Shown here piece by piece: positions 1 through 10,914 of a stretch of DNA of 64,000 bases (position 1 is the stretch's first letter; each line of letters starts with the position of its first letter). The position numbers and the translations under genes are program-made. Under the pieces are notes generated by a model. It had not been told where the DNA came from. It ran no database searches and worked only from the letters and a program-made list of their open reading frames with translations. Source of the DNA: Candidatus Latescibacterota bacterium (GTDB lineage: Bacteria; Latescibacterota; UBA2968; UBA8231); contig CBDBIJ010000042.1 in NCBI GenBank assembly GCA_965205655.1, positions 1 through 64,000 of the forward strand, written 5' to 3'.

Positions 1-1287
1 CCCGGAATCGCCGGCATCATCCTCACCATCGGCATGGCCGTCGATGCCAACGTTCTCATTTTCGAGCGCATTCGGGAGGAGCTGCGCGCCGGCAAGACGG
101 TGCGTGCCGCTATCGAAAGCGGCTACAACAATGCCCTGTCGGCCATCATCGACGCCAACCTTACGACCTTCATCGTCGGCATCGTACTCTACGAATTCGG
201 CACTGGACCGATCCGCGGTTTCGCCCTGACGCTGTGCGTCGGCATCGTCTCCAGCCTGTTCACGGCCTTCATTGTATCGCGGACGATTCTCGATCTCATC
301 ACAGCGCGAACCCGGTCCGACAGCTTTAGCATCGGTCCCGTCGACATCCTCGCCAATGTGGGCATCCCGTTCATGTCGCTGCGTCGTCCCGCTCTGCTGA
401 TTTCAGTTGCCGTGCTCGGCCTTGGTCTCGTCTCCGTCGTCGGCATCAACCACCTGCGATTGGGCATCGATTTTGCCGGCGGCACCCTCCTTGAGCTCCA
501 CTTCGATCCAGAGGTTCCGGTGGAGCAGATCCGCGACAATCTGAAGAGGGTGCCGGTCGAGAATCGAACCGTCGATCTGAGCGGAAGCGAGATCAAGCGC
601 TTCGGTTCGGACAACGACGTGCTGATCAGGGTTGCCGAGCGCGAGGCGGGCACCGACGTCGCCGACGGCATCAAGCTGGCGCTCAAGGCGGGGCTTGGCG
701 GCTCCGTGCCGGACGACCTCGAATGGGTCCGGCGCCAGGAGAAGGTCGGCCCCAAGATCGGCCAGGAGCTCAGGGGTGCGGCGGTGCGCGCCGTGCTCGT
801 GTCGCTCGTGCTCATCCTCGTCTACATGGCCTGGCGCTTCAGACAGTTCCTCTACGGCATCGCCGCCGTCATCGCGCTCTTTCACGATGTGCTCATCACC
901 ATGGGGTTGCTCTCCCTCTTCGACATCGAGATCACCCTGGCCGTGGTCGCCGCCGTGCTCGCCATCGTCGGGTACTCGTTGAACGACACCATCGTCGTCT
1001 TCGACCGCATCCGCGAGAATCTGCGCAGCACCCGCTTGAAAGGCGGCTTTGCGGACCTCCTCAACGTCAGCATCAACGAGTGTCTGAGTCGAACGGTGGT
1101 CACTTCTCTCACCACCCTCATCGCCGTCATCGTGCTCATGGTCTGGGGCGGTGAAGTCATCAGGGATTTCACCATCACTCTGCTCATGGGCATCATCGTG
1201 GGAACCTACTCCTCCGTCTTCATAGCGAGTCCCGTGCTCTACTTTGGCCATGTGCGCAGCGAGGGCAAAGCGCAACAGCGCAAGTGA
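1..1287 (+). CDS. secDF: Protein translocase SecDF fusion (5' truncated by window edge)
   Basis: SecD C-terminal motif [17 protein letters not shown] followed in frame by SecF motifs LGIDFAGG and [17 protein letters not shown]. Confidence 0.95.
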   Translation, partial: PGIAGIILTIGMAVDANVLIFERIREELRAGKTVRAAIESGYNNALSAIIDANLTTFIVGIVLYEFGTGPIRGFALTLCVGIVSSLFTAFIVSRTILDLITARTRSDSFSIGPVDILANVGIPFMSLRRPALLISVAVLGLGLVSVVGINHLRLGIDFAGGTLLELHFDPEVPVEQIRDNLKRVPVENRTVDLSGSEIKRFGSDNDVLIRVAEREAGTDVADGIKLALKAGLGGSVPDDLEWVRRQEKVGPKIGQELRGAAVRAVLVSLVLILVYMAWRFRQFLYGIAAVIALFHDVLITMGLLSLFDIEITLAVVAAVLAIVGYSLNDTIVVFDRIRENLRSTRLKGGFADLLNVSINECLSRTVVTSLTTLIAVIVLMVWGGEVIRDFTITLLMGIIVGTYSSVFIASPVLYFGHVRSEGKAQQRK

Positions 1288-1317
1288 CCGGCGGCGGCTC
1301 CTGCCAGAGCTGCGGCG

Positions 1318-2571
1318 ATGAAGATTCTGGCGGTCTGCTGCATTCTCATCGGGCTCGCAGCGCTGGCTCCGATGACGGACAGCGCTGCCGCAACGGCCTG
1401 GGCTCTCGGGCTCGTCGTCGCGCTCGCATTCGCCGGCCAGCAGGTGGTGACCTATTTCGGCCTGCCGCCTGTACTCGGGTGGCTTGCGGCCGGCGTCATC
1501 CTGGGGTCGGGCGTCTTGAATGCCGTTCGACCGGCAGAGTCTCAGACACTCCATCTCATTCAGCTGTTCGCCGCGTTCTGGCTCGGCCTTCAGGTGGGTT
1601 TGGGTGGTTCGTGGCCGCGACCTGTCAGGAGCTGGCGGCTTCCCACCATCGTCACTTTTTCCACCCTGCTCGCCCTGCTCCTCACGGCCGGCGCCGTCAT
1701 TCTTGTGCTTCGACTGCCCGCAACTGAGGCCTTGCTCATTGGTGTCGTCGTTTGTCTGTGGGGTCCCTTCCTGCTGTCGTCCATGGGACGCAGCGACGAG
1801 GCAGTCCTCATCAGTCTCATGGGCAGCGGCGTCTCCCTGCTGCTGCTTACGGCCACGTTCTTGGCTCTGTCTCTCGGCGGTGCGCTGCCATCTTTGGGGA
1901 CACACATTGCGGCACGACTGTGGATATCGGTCGCGGCCGGGGCAGCAGCAGCCGAGCTGCTTTGGCAGCTGAAACTGCTGAGTCGGCGTACCTGTGCCGT
2001 TGTCGCCTTGACTGGTTGCGCAGTCGGCGCCGCCCTATTTGTCGAAGCGTGCGATCTCTACGCCCTTCCTTGCGGGCTGGCCGCCGGCATCGTCTTGGCG
2101 CTTCGCGACGGGGAAGCGAGCCGATTGCGGCACCAGTTCGAGCCCGGTCGCCAGCTGAGCGCCATGCTCTTCTTCGCCTTCGCCGCCGCTGCCGTCGACA
2201 CCGACCGCTTTTCGTGGCCGCCGGCAGAAGGAGTCCTCCAGATCACCGCGCTGGCGCTGGCCGCACTCGTGCTGCTGCGCGTCATCGGCCCCTCCGCCTG
2301 GTATCCCCTGCCCGCGATGGAAGGGGGACTCAGTCGGCGCGATTCCTGGCTTCTGCTGCCGAAGGGAGCGCTCCTGTTCGAGGTGACCTTCCGACCTCGG
2401 GGGAGTCTCCTCGATCTGGCGTCTCCGGGCGGTGCGCGGCTGTTGGAGCAGGTCATTCTCGCCGATCTGCTTTTGTACGGAGTGCTGCTCGCAGCAATCG
2501 CCGGCGTGGTGAACCGCTTCCTCGAGCGGAGACAGCAGCTGGAGACAGCAGCTCGGGCGGCCAGCGGCTGA
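1318..2571 (+). CDS. Polytopic membrane protein, cation:proton antiporter-like
   Basis: 417 aa, many hydrophobic segments; 'GLPPVLGWLAAGVILG' resembles the CPA N-terminal motif; family tentative. Confidence 0.55.
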   Translation: MKILAVCCILIGLAALAPMTDSAAATAWALGLVVALAFAGQQVVTYFGLPPVLGWLAAGVILGSGVLNAVRPAESQTLHLIQLFAAFWLGLQVGLGGSWPRPVRSWRLPTIVTFSTLLALLLTAGAVILVLRLPATEALLIGVVVCLWGPFLLSSMGRSDEAVLISLMGSGVSLLLLTATFLALSLGGALPSLGTHIAARLWISVAAGAAAAELLWQLKLLSRRTCAVVALTGCAVGAALFVEACDLYALPCGLAAGIVLALRDGEASRLRHQFEPGRQLSAMLFFAFAAAAVDTDRFSWPPAEGVLQITALALAALVLLRVIGPSAWYPLPAMEGGLSRRDSWLLLPKGALLFEVTFRPRGSLLDLASPGGARLLEQVILADLLLYGVLLAAIAGVVNRFLERRQQLETAARAASG

Positions 2572-2657
2572 GGCAGGTCGAGGAGCCGGAGAGGTGGCGC
2601 GTCTGGCCTGACGCGGCCTTTCTGGATACATTGGAGCGGCTCCGTTTCTTGACCGAC

Positions 2658-3368
2658 ATGCAACAGTCTACCGACTCGATCGCCGCCAATTGGCAGCGGC
2701 TCGAAGAACGCATCGGCCGCGCCGCGGAGGCTGCGTCGCGGAATCCGACCGATATCGAGATCGTCGCCGTGGCCAAGACGCGGTCGCCGCGGGAGATAGA
2801 AGCGGCCATCGCCGCTGGGGCCCGTCATGTTGGCGAGAACAAAGTCCAGGAAGCGGCGGCTGTGAAATCGGAGGTGACTGCCTCCGCCCGCTGGCATTTT
2901 ATCGGTCCCCTGCAGACCAACAAAACGGGCAGGGCTGTCGACCTCTTTGATGTCGTGCAGTCGGTAGATAGCGAACGCCTGGCACAGGCGCTCGATCGGC
3001 GCGCCACGCAGTCCTGTCGGACGCTGGATATTCTCGTTCAGGTCAACACCGCGGGCAGTGCGAGCCAGTCGGGCGTATCTCCTGCGGCTGTGATGCCCTT
3101 GGTCGACCGCATCACCACTCTGTCGGGGCTTCGCTTGCGCGGCCTGATGACTATTGCCGCCTTCACGGATGACCAGTGCCGCGTGCGAAGTTGCTTCTCC
3201 CGTCTTCGGGAAATTGCCTCTGAAATCGAAGCGTCGCGCCGCGGAGTTGAGATGAAATACTTGTCAATGGGTATGAGCAGCGATTTCGAGCTTGCCATCG
3301 CCGAGGGAGCCAACATGCTGCGTTTGGGAACGGCCATTTTCGGACCTCGCCGACTGGGGGATACGTAG
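2658..3368 (+). CDS. yggS: PLP homeostasis protein YggS
   Basis: VAVAKT, GENKVQEA, WHFIGPLQTNK and LSMGMSSDFELAIAEGANMLRLGT motifs; start placed at internal ATG 2658 of the 1752..3368 ORF. Confidence 0.93.
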   Translation: MQQSTDSIAANWQRLEERIGRAAEAASRNPTDIEIVAVAKTRSPREIEAAIAAGARHVGENKVQEAAAVKSEVTASARWHFIGPLQTNKTGRAVDLFDVVQSVDSERLAQALDRRATQSCRTLDILVQVNTAGSASQSGVSPAAVMPLVDRITTLSGLRLRGLMTIAAFTDDQCRVRSCFSRLREIASEIEASRRGVEMKYLSMGMSSDFELAIAEGANMLRLGTAIFGPRRLGDT

Positions 3369-3370
3369 CT

Positions 3371-3655
3371 GTGTTCGACAGCAGCAACTTTCTCGGCGGG
3401 CTGATCGGCATTGTCGATCAACTCCTCTTCCTGTACATGGCGGTCGTCATAATCAGGGTTCTCATTTCATGGGTCAGCCCCGATCCCTACAACCCCATCG
3501 TCCAGTTCCTTCGGGGAATCACGGATCCCGCCCTTGACGGGCTGAGGCGCCGTCTTCCCAGCTTTCTGTGGTCTACGGGACTCGATTTTACCCCCCTGGT
3601 CTTGATACTGTTGATTCAGATCGCGAGACTGCTTTTGGACAGCATTCACATCTGA
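3371..3655 (+). CDS. yggT: YggT family membrane protein
   Basis: LISWVSPDPYNPIVQFL..ITDP..GLDFTPLV; follows yggS. Confidence 0.9.
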   Translation: MFDSSNFLGGLIGIVDQLLFLYMAVVIIRVLISWVSPDPYNPIVQFLRGITDPALDGLRRRLPSFLWSTGLDFTPLVLILLIQIARLLLDSIHI

Positions 3656-3678
3656 CCTGAACGGCTATTCTGCACCCA

Positions 3679-6600
3679 ATGGAAGCTACTCGCACATCCA
3701 CATTCGAATCGGTGTTCAGTCCCGTGCCCTCCCCGGTGGATTTCCCCGCACAGGAGGAAGATGTCCTGCGCTTCTGGGAGAAGAACCGCACATACGAGAA
3801 GTCGGTATCCGAACGCCCTTCCAGCGACCCCTTCATATTCTACGACGGCCCACCATTCGCGAGCGGCCTGCCGCACTACGGCCACTTGCTGCAGTCCATC
3901 ATCAAGGATGTCGTACCGCGCTACTGGACCATGCGAGGCCGTCGCGTGGAGCGCCGATTCGGCTGGGACTGTCACGGCCTGCCGGTGGAGAACGAGGCGG
4001 AGCAGCAGCTGGGCCTCGTGTCCAGGCGGGACATCCTCGACTACGGCATCCCCAAGTTCAACGAGTACTGCCGTGGGCTCGTGCTGCGTTACACTGCCGA
4101 ATGGAAGGAGCTCATCCAGCGAATTGGTCGTTGGGTCGACTGGTCGAACGAGTACCGAACCATGGACCTGGAGTTCATGGAGTCCGTCTGGTGGGTCTTC
4201 AAGTCCCTGTGGGACCGGGACCTCATGTACCAGGGCTACAAGTCGTTGGCCTACTGCCCGCGCTGCGCCACGGAGTTGTCGAACTTCGAAGTGAACCAGG
4301 GCTATCACGATACTCAGGATCCCTCCATCGTCGTTCGTTTCCGCGTTTGCGACGAGAGTGAGGAGCTGTCGATCCTGGCCTGGACCACGACTCCATGGAC
4401 CCTGCCCTCCAACATGGCGTTGGCCGTGGGAACCGACATCGATTACGTGCGGGTTCGACTACGCAGTGGCGAGCAGCTCATTCTCGCCAGAAACCTGGTT
4501 GAGCCTGTTTTCCGAAAACACGAGGAGGAGATCGCCCACGTCGAGGATCAGCCGCTACAGGAATTACTCTGTATGCGCTATGAGCCGCTGTTCGACTACT
4601 TCTCGGATCTCTCCGATCAGAGCGCTTTCCGCGTCGTCGCCGCCGATTTCGTTTCCACCGAGGACGGCACGGGAGTCGTCCACGTCGCTCCCGGCTTCGG
4701 CGAGGACGACTACCAGCTCGGGCTTCAGGAAGGGCTGCCTGTCGTCTGTCCGATCGACGCCGAGTGTCGCTTCACATCCCCGGTGAGCGACTACGAGGGC
4801 GATTTTGTCAAGGACACTGACACCCCCATTATTCGCCGGCTTCGGAGCAGCGGGCTGCTGTTCGCCGAAGGCTCACTCGTCCACTCCTACCCGTTCTGCT
4901 GGCGCTGCGACTCGCCACTCATCTATCGCACCATCTCCTCCTGGTTCGTAAAGGTCGAGCACATCAAGGAACAGATGCTGGCGGCCAACGAGCAGATCTG
5001 GTGGATTCCCGAACACATTCGCGACGGTCGCTTCGGAAAGTGGCTCGCCGGGGCCCGCGACTGGTGCATCAGCCGCAACCGCTACTGGGGCACGCCGCTG
5101 CCCGTCTGGCGCGACGAGGAAACGGGTGAAACAATCTGCGTCGGCAGTCGCCACGAGCTGGAGCGCCTCAGCGGCCGCACTGTGGACGACCTGCACAAGC
5201 ACTTTATCGACGATATCGAGCTGCCGTCGCCCTCGGGTAACGGCAAGCTGCGCAGAGTGCCTGAGGTTCTCGACTGCTGGTTCGAGTCCGGTTCTATGCC
5301 GTACGCACAGAGCCACTACCCCTTCGAGAATCGCGACCATTTTGACGCCAACTTCCCCGCCGATTTCATCGCCGAGGCGCTCGACCAGACACGTGGATGG
5401 TTTTACACCCTGACGATCCTGTCGTCGGCACTGTTCGACAAGCCGGCCTTCCGCAACTGCATCGTCTCCGGAATGCTGCTGGCCGAAGACGGCCGCAAGA
5501 TGAGCAAGCGGCTCAAGAACTATCCTGAACCGGCCGAGATGGTCAAGACCTACGGCGCCGACGCGCTGCGCCTCTATTTGCTCAACTCCCCCGTCATGAA
5601 GGCGGAGGAGATGCGGCTCACGGAAGACGGGATAAAGCAGAGCCTGCGGGATGTGATAATCCCTCTGTGGAACGCCTACAGCTTTTTCGTCGGCTACGCC
5701 ATCATCGACGACTGGTCACCTGAACGAGTGGACGCGGCTGAGCCGCTCCATCGCCTCGATCGCTGGATTCTCTCCGAGCTGCAGACTCTCGTGCGAATCA
5801 TCAATGAGGAGATGGAGGCATACCGCCTCTACCGCACCGTCCCCGCAATGGTTCAGTTTGTCGAGAAACTCACAAACTGGTATATCCGTCGGAGCCGGCG
5901 GCGATTCTGGAAATCCGAGGACGACGAGGACAAGGCCTCGGCCTACGCGACGCTCTACCGAGTCCTCGTCACCTTCGTGAAGACTCTGGCGCCTGTGCTT
6001 CCGTTTGTGTCCGAGTCGATCTATCGCAATCTTGTGGCGTCTCGAGACAGCTCGGCCCCGGAAAGCGTGCATCTGTGCGACATGCCCCAGGTCGACGAAT
6101 CCATGCGCGATTCAGCTCTCGAAGCACAGATGGAGCTGGCCATGCAGGCCGTGGGCTTGGGTCGCTCGTTGAGGAGCCGACACGCCCTCAGAACGCGTCA
6201 GCCGCTGCAGCGACTCTTTCTGCTGCCACCCGACAGCGAGGGGCAGAGCGATTTGGAGCAGGCGTCCGACCTTATCGCAGACGAGCTGAATGTAAAGGAA
6301 GTCGTCTTCGTGGAGGACGAGGCCGAAATCAGCGAGGTGTCCTACAAACCGAACTTCCGTGCCCTGGGCCCCCGCTTCGGACCGCGCATGAAAGAGGTGG
6401 CCTCCTTTATCGGGCAGCTGGACCGGGAGCAGCTGGGACGCCTGGCCGACGGCGTGATGATGGACATCGCCGGAGGCCAGATCGGACTCGACGATGTGGA
6501 AATTCATCGCAGAGAGCGGCAGGATGTCGTGGCCGCCGTCGAAGGCAACCTTGGCGTCGGGCTGGATGTGCAGCTCACCGACGAACTCATCTCGGAATGC

Positions 6601-6852
6601 ACTGCCAGGGAGTTCATCAACCGGGTGCAGAATATGCGTAAGGACGCCGGCCTCGATGTTGCCGATCGAATCCACATGTGGGCCAAAGGCTCTGATAGCG
6701 TCGAAGATGCAGTGAGCACCCATCGCGACTACGTCAGGTCCGAAACGCTCACCGTCGAGCTCAATGTGGGACAGCTGCCCGCGTCCTCCCTCCTGGAGCA
6801 CGAATGGGACGTGAACGGCCACGACGTCACCGTCGCCATAGACCGGCAGTGA
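3679..6852 (+). CDS. ileS: Isoleucine--tRNA ligase (type 2)
   Basis: FYDGPPFASGLPHYGH, GWDCHGLPVE, AWTTTPWTLPSN, DWCISRNRYWG, KMSKR; 1057 aa. Confidence 0.97.
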   Translation: MEATRTSTFESVFSPVPSPVDFPAQEEDVLRFWEKNRTYEKSVSERPSSDPFIFYDGPPFASGLPHYGHLLQSIIKDVVPRYWTMRGRRVERRFGWDCHGLPVENEAEQQLGLVSRRDILDYGIPKFNEYCRGLVLRYTAEWKELIQRIGRWVDWSNEYRTMDLEFMESVWWVFKSLWDRDLMYQGYKSLAYCPRCATELSNFEVNQGYHDTQDPSIVVRFRVCDESEELSILAWTTTPWTLPSNMALAVGTDIDYVRVRLRSGEQLILARNLVEPVFRKHEEEIAHVEDQPLQELLCMRYEPLFDYFSDLSDQSAFRVVAADFVSTEDGTGVVHVAPGFGEDDYQLGLQEGLPVVCPIDAECRFTSPVSDYEGDFVKDTDTPIIRRLRSSGLLFAEGSLVHSYPFCWRCDSPLIYRTISSWFVKVEHIKEQMLAANEQIWWIPEHIRDGRFGKWLAGARDWCISRNRYWGTPLPVWRDEETGETICVGSRHELERLSGRTVDDLHKHFIDDIELPSPSGNGKLRRVPEVLDCWFESGSMPYAQSHYPFENRDHFDANFPADFIAEALDQTRGWFYTLTILSSALFDKPAFRNCIVSGMLLAEDGRKMSKRLKNYPEPAEMVKTYGADALRLYLLNSPVMKAEEMRLTEDGIKQSLRDVIIPLWNAYSFFVGYAIIDDWSPERVDAAEPLHRLDRWILSELQTLVRIINEEMEAYRLYRTVPAMVQFVEKLTNWYIRRSRRRFWKSEDDEDKASAYATLYRVLVTFVKTLAPVLPFVSESIYRNLVASRDSSAPESVHLCDMPQVDESMRDSALEAQMELAMQAVGLGRSLRSRHALRTRQPLQRLFLLPPDSEGQSDLEQASDLIADELNVKEVVFVEDEAEISEVSYKPNFRALGPRFGPRMKEVASFIGQLDREQLGRLADGVMMDIAGGQIGLDDVEIHRRERQDVVAAVEGNLGVGLDVQLTDELISECTAREFINRVQNMRKDAGLDVADRIHMWAKGSDSVEDAVSTHRDYVRSETLTVELNVGQLPASSLLEHEWDVNGHDVTVAIDRQ

Positions 6853-6914
6853 ACCGAACCGCCCATTGCGACGCACCAAAGCACCGTGATATCAGTTAGC
6901 TCGGAGCTCTATCC

Positions 6915-7295
6915 ATGAATCGCGAAGACATCGAATACTTCAAGAAACTGTTGCTCGACAAGAAGGAACAGGCCAACGCCGATCTTGAGGAGCTCGAGCG
7001 CGTCTCTCGCAACGAGGATGCCCAGGAGTCGTCTGAAGACCGCTCGGCGTATTCCCTCCACATGGCCGACAGGGGAACGGACGCCATGGAGCGCGAGAAG
7101 AACATGCTATTCGCCCAACGCGAGGGGGCCTATCTGGACTACGTCGACGAGGCTCTGCAGCGAATCGAGGATGGATCCTTTGGACTCTGCCGCGTCTGCC
7201 GGGGCGAAATCGGCCGGGAACGTTTGCAGGCGGTACCGACAGCCACTCAGTGCATCGACTGCAAGTCGAAGGCCGACGAATCGTCTGAGCGGTGA
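6915..7295 (+). CDS. TraR/DksA C4-type zinc finger protein
   Basis: HMADRGTD motif, CRVC..CIDC zinc finger; sits between ileS and lspA. Confidence 0.9.
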   Translation: MNREDIEYFKKLLLDKKEQANADLEELERVSRNEDAQESSEDRSAYSLHMADRGTDAMEREKNMLFAQREGAYLDYVDEALQRIEDGSFGLCRVCRGEIGRERLQAVPTATQCIDCKSKADESSER

Positions 7296-7837
7296 CCGAA
7301 AACGCCTCTTTTTCGGCCGAAAACGCCTTTTCGGCGAAGTCGAGCCGTCCGCCGCTGGCGGTGCTGTGGTTTGTGCCCCTCGTCATAGCGCTCGATCAGA
7401 TCAGTAAGCTCGCCCTCGTCCACTACATGGAGCTTCGCGATCGCGATCCGATCGCGCTGCTCGATCCCTTCCTGCGTTTCACCTACATCCACAACAAGGG
7501 TGCCGCCTTCGGCCTGGACCTGGGAAGCACCATGGTTCACACCGTCGTATCGGTTGTCGCCCTTGCCATTCTCATCCGGCTTTTCTGGTCCATGCCCCGG
7601 CAGCCGCGCCTGCTGCGCTGCGCCCTGGCTTTGGTGCTCGGCGGTGCCGTCGGCAACATCATCGACCGCATTCGCCTCGACGAGGGCGTCATCGACTTCA
7701 TCGACGTCGGCATCAGCGATCAATGGCGTTGGCCCATCTTCAACGTGGCGGACTCCTTCGTCACGATCGGCATCATTCTGCTCGCCATCGGCTACGCGCG
7801 CCAGAAGGAGTCCGAGCCGAGCGGGGATGACAGCTAG
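7292..7837 (+). CDS. lspA: Lipoprotein signal peptidase II
   Basis: LDQISK, NKGAAFG, GGAVGNIIDRI, VIDF, WPIFNVAD. Confidence 0.95.
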   Translation: MTENASFSAENAFSAKSSRPPLAVLWFVPLVIALDQISKLALVHYMELRDRDPIALLDPFLRFTYIHNKGAAFGLDLGSTMVHTVVSVVALAILIRLFWSMPRQPRLLRCALALVLGGAVGNIIDRIRLDEGVIDFIDVGISDQWRWPIFNVADSFVTIGIILLAIGYARQKESEPSGDDS

Positions 7838-8798
7838 CCGATCCCCCGTCCAGCGTCAGATCGTCGTCTCCGAGGAAGAAGAGGGACAACGCCTCGACCT
7901 GTTTCTCGGCCCCTACTGTCCGGATCTCTCGCGCAGCCGCATCCAGAGCCTCATCGAGGAGGGATCGATCCGGGTTGACACCCGCGGCGCGCGCCCCAGT
8001 TACAGGGTCCGCGCCGGCGACCGCATCTGGATCGAGATCCCCGACCCCCGACCACTGTCCGTCGACTCGGAGGAGATCCCTCTCGACGTTCTCTACGAGG
8101 ACACCGACATCCTCGTCATTGCCAAACCGGCCGGCATGGCCGTGCACCCGGCACCTGGTGCGCTCACGGGTACTCTCGTCAATGCCCTCCTTCACCACTG
8201 CCACAACCTGTCTGGCATCAACGGCGTTCTGCGGCCGGGCATCGTACACCGTCTCGATCGCCACACCACTGGATTGCTCGTCGTCGCCAAGAATGACGCC
8301 GCCCACCGGGGTCTCTCGTCACAGCTCGAGGCACGCCAGATGCGGCGTCAGTACACAGCCCTCGCCTGGGGGCGGCTCGAACAGGGGAGTATTGAAGAGC
8401 CGATCGCAAGGCACCCTCGCGACCGCGTCAGGATGGCGGTGCGGGAGGGAGGACGCCACGCCGTCACACATTACGCTCCCGTTGAGCACTTCCCCTTTCT
8501 GACCCACCTCGCGGTGAGACTGGAAACCGGGCGCACTCATCAGATCCGCGTGCACCTGCGCCACATCGGACACCCGGTTTTCGGAGACCCCGTTTATGGC
8601 GGTCGCTCCCAGATACGGGGAATTGTGCCGCAGTATCGACAGAAGGCGCAGACGCTGCTCTCCCTCATCGATCGCCAGGCCCTACACGCCCAGCGCCTCG
8701 GCTTTCGGCACCCTGTCACCGGCGAGAGCATGGACTTCGAAGCGCCTGCCCCAGAAGACCTGCGACAGCTCCTGGATTCCTGCCGCCGGGAGCCCTAG
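7827..8798 (+). CDS. rluD: RluA family pseudouridine synthase (RluD-like)
   Basis: S4 domain (RLDLFL..SRSRIQ), KPAGMAVHP, RPGIVHRLD, LETGRTHQIRVH; start at internal ATG 7827. Confidence 0.92.
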   Translation: MTASRSPVQRQIVVSEEEEGQRLDLFLGPYCPDLSRSRIQSLIEEGSIRVDTRGARPSYRVRAGDRIWIEIPDPRPLSVDSEEIPLDVLYEDTDILVIAKPAGMAVHPAPGALTGTLVNALLHHCHNLSGINGVLRPGIVHRLDRHTTGLLVVAKNDAAHRGLSSQLEARQMRRQYTALAWGRLEQGSIEEPIARHPRDRVRMAVREGGRHAVTHYAPVEHFPFLTHLAVRLETGRTHQIRVHLRHIGHPVFGDPVYGGRSQIRGIVPQYRQKAQTLLSLIDRQALHAQRLGFRHPVTGESMDFEAPAPEDLRQLLDSCRREP

Positions 8799-8841
8799 GC
8801 CCTCGCTTGCCGCCCACTCGTCGTGCCCGTAGGTTAGGGAC

Positions 8842-9504
8842 GTGGCGATGGACCAATCGCAAGGTTGGGCTGATCATCGCTCTTCAGGCTCCACGTTCCC
8901 GCGGGTCATCTTTCCTCTCCACTTCCCCCTTCCGCTCGGACCTCGCACCGCTTTGCATGTCTTGCGACTACGGCGCGTCACAGCTCTCTGCTTGGCGCTG
9001 TGCTTCCTCCTCCTCTCGGGCTGCGCGGGCCTCGCCCCGTCGCCGCGCTATACCGCCCCCCACCGGCGTGGCCCGCTGGCGATCGTCGGCGAACTCGAGT
9101 CGCGTCGCCGCGCCTTCCGCCAGGCGGATCCGTCCAGACTGATGCGCGTCGTCGACACCTACCTCGGCGTGCCCTACAGGTGGGGCGGCACGACCCGCCA
9201 GGGGATGGATTGCTCGGCTCTCATGCGGGCCGTTTTTCGGGAAGCCTACGGACTCGAGCTGCCGCGAACCTCGGGCGAGATGTTCCGGCTCGGCCGCCTG
9301 GTGGAGCCCGGGAGCAGCCTCAGACCCGGTGATCTCGTGTTCTTCCGCCTTTCGGAATCTGGCCCGGGCGTCTCTCACGTCGGGGTCTTCGTAGGCGATG
9401 GTCGCTTTGCTCACGCCAGCAGCAGTCGCGGTGGGGTCTTGGATGAGCTCTCCGCCTCCTATTTCAAGAGCCGATTCGCCGGCGCCCGCCGAATCCTGCC
9501 TTGA
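8842..9504 (+). CDS. NlpC/P60 family lipoprotein peptidase
   Basis: Lipobox-like LLSGC; YLGVPYRWGG..GMDCS, PGDLVFF, HVGVF, FAHASS; true start may be downstream. Confidence 0.88.
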   Translation: MAMDQSQGWADHRSSGSTFPRVIFPLHFPLPLGPRTALHVLRLRRVTALCLALCFLLLSGCAGLAPSPRYTAPHRRGPLAIVGELESRRRAFRQADPSRLMRVVDTYLGVPYRWGGTTRQGMDCSALMRAVFREAYGLELPRTSGEMFRLGRLVEPGSSLRPGDLVFFRLSESGPGVSHVGVFVGDGRFAHASSSRGGVLDELSASYFKSRFAGARRILP

Positions 9505-10898
9505 GCTTTCTGCGGACCCACGGCGTTCTCCTCGGCTGCGGCGGCCTGATCGAGGGCGCCTTCGTAGCGCTTCTTCTGCCGGCGATGGAAAGCGGCGCCC
9601 AGGCTCTGTCACTGTGGCTCGCACTTGTGCCGATCGGCATCGGCTACGGTATCGCTTTGTGGCACATCCACCGGCAAAGCGCGAACCGCGTTCCCGGCGA
9701 GACCTCGGGCACGGCCGTCATCCTCATCGCAGCCTGGGCCGTCCTCTTCAGGCTGACAGCGCTGTTCGGCGAACCCAGTCTCTCCGATGACGTGTATCGC
9801 TATGTGTGGGACGGCCGGGTTCAGCTCGCCGGCCTGAATCCTTACAGCTTCCCGCCATCATCGCCTGAACTCACCTTTCTGCGCGACGACGAGATCTACC
9901 CCGAAATCAATCACAAGCAGATACCGACTATCTATCCACCGCTTGCGCAGCTGTTTTTCCGGTTGGTCTGCTCCGTACACGCCTCGGTAGGCGCGATGAA
10001 AATCTTTCTGACGCTGTGCGAGGTCAGCCTGATTTTCATCGTCATCGCCATGCTCGAACGCCGCCACTGCGATCGGCGGCGCGCGCTCATCTATGCCTGG
10101 CACCCGCTGCCGGTCATCGAGGTCGCCGGCAACGGCCACCTCGAGGCCCTAGGGGTCGCTCTCCTCATGCTCTCCCTGCTCTGGGTGGTGGGAGACAGGA
10201 GGCACGCCGCTGCCATCGCCCTGGCGGCAGCCGTGTCGAGCAAGCTGCTTCCCCTGCTGGCGCTGCCGGTTGTGTGGCGAGAGTTCGGCCGCCACCGGTC
10301 AACACTGCGGGGCTGGCTGCATCCTGCCGGACGGCTGGCGCTGCTGTGGCTTCCGGCCCTCGTGGGTCTGGGCTACGCAGCATACGGGGCAGCTGGGGCC
10401 GGAATGGTGGAGGGATTGCGGATCTACCTGCTCAAGTGGCGGTTCAACGACAGCCTTTTCATCGTCATCAACGAGGCCCTGGTGTCAGGGGGGGCGGCTG
10501 AGGACGATATGGCGCTGATGACCGCGCGCTGGATTTCGAGCTTGGCGCTCGTGGCCATCTCACTGTGGGTATCGGCCCGCGTTGCCGATCCTCTGCGAGC
10601 GGTCTTCTTCATCATGGGCGCCTACCTGTTGCTGACACCCACCGTCCATCCATGGTATGTGCTGTGGTTGCTGCCTTTCCTCCCCCTCTTCCCCCACCCC
10701 GCGGGACTCCTCTTCTCATGGCTCGTCTTCCTTGCCTATCACGTCCTGGATCGGTATCGTTCCGACGGGGTGTGGATGGAGGAACCGTGGGTGAGATGGT
10801 CCGAGTACGGCCCTGTGTTTCTGGCGCTCTTGCTGCCGCTGGCGCACTATTTCCTTCGACGAGGACCGGTGCGAGAGTCGGCGTCTGAAACTCCCTGA
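9501..10898 (+). CDS. GT-C type membrane glycosyltransferase (GT87-like)
   Basis: LSDDVYRYVWDGRVQ..G.NPY..PP, TIYPP, YAWHPL..EVAGNGH, PTVHPWY. Confidence 0.8.
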   Translation: MSFLRTHGVLLGCGGLIEGAFVALLLPAMESGAQALSLWLALVPIGIGYGIALWHIHRQSANRVPGETSGTAVILIAAWAVLFRLTALFGEPSLSDDVYRYVWDGRVQLAGLNPYSFPPSSPELTFLRDDEIYPEINHKQIPTIYPPLAQLFFRLVCSVHASVGAMKIFLTLCEVSLIFIVIAMLERRHCDRRRALIYAWHPLPVIEVAGNGHLEALGVALLMLSLLWVVGDRRHAAAIALAAAVSSKLLPLLALPVVWREFGRHRSTLRGWLHPAGRLALLWLPALVGLGYAAYGAAGAGMVEGLRIYLLKWRFNDSLFIVINEALVSGGAAEDDMALMTARWISSLALVAISLWVSARVADPLRAVFFIMGAYLLLTPTVHPWYVLWLLPFLPLFPHPAGLLFSWLVFLAYHVLDRYRSDGVWMEEPWVRWSEYGPVFLALLLPLAHYFLRRGPVRESASETP

Positions 10899-10914
10899 CC
10901 TGGTCGAGCGTAGA

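Noticed and set aside
1752..2657. Long N-terminal extensions of the yggS, rluD, Omp85-fusion and tal ORFs in the track
   Set aside because: They overlap upstream genes or intergenic DNA and look non-coding; internal starts match family lengths.
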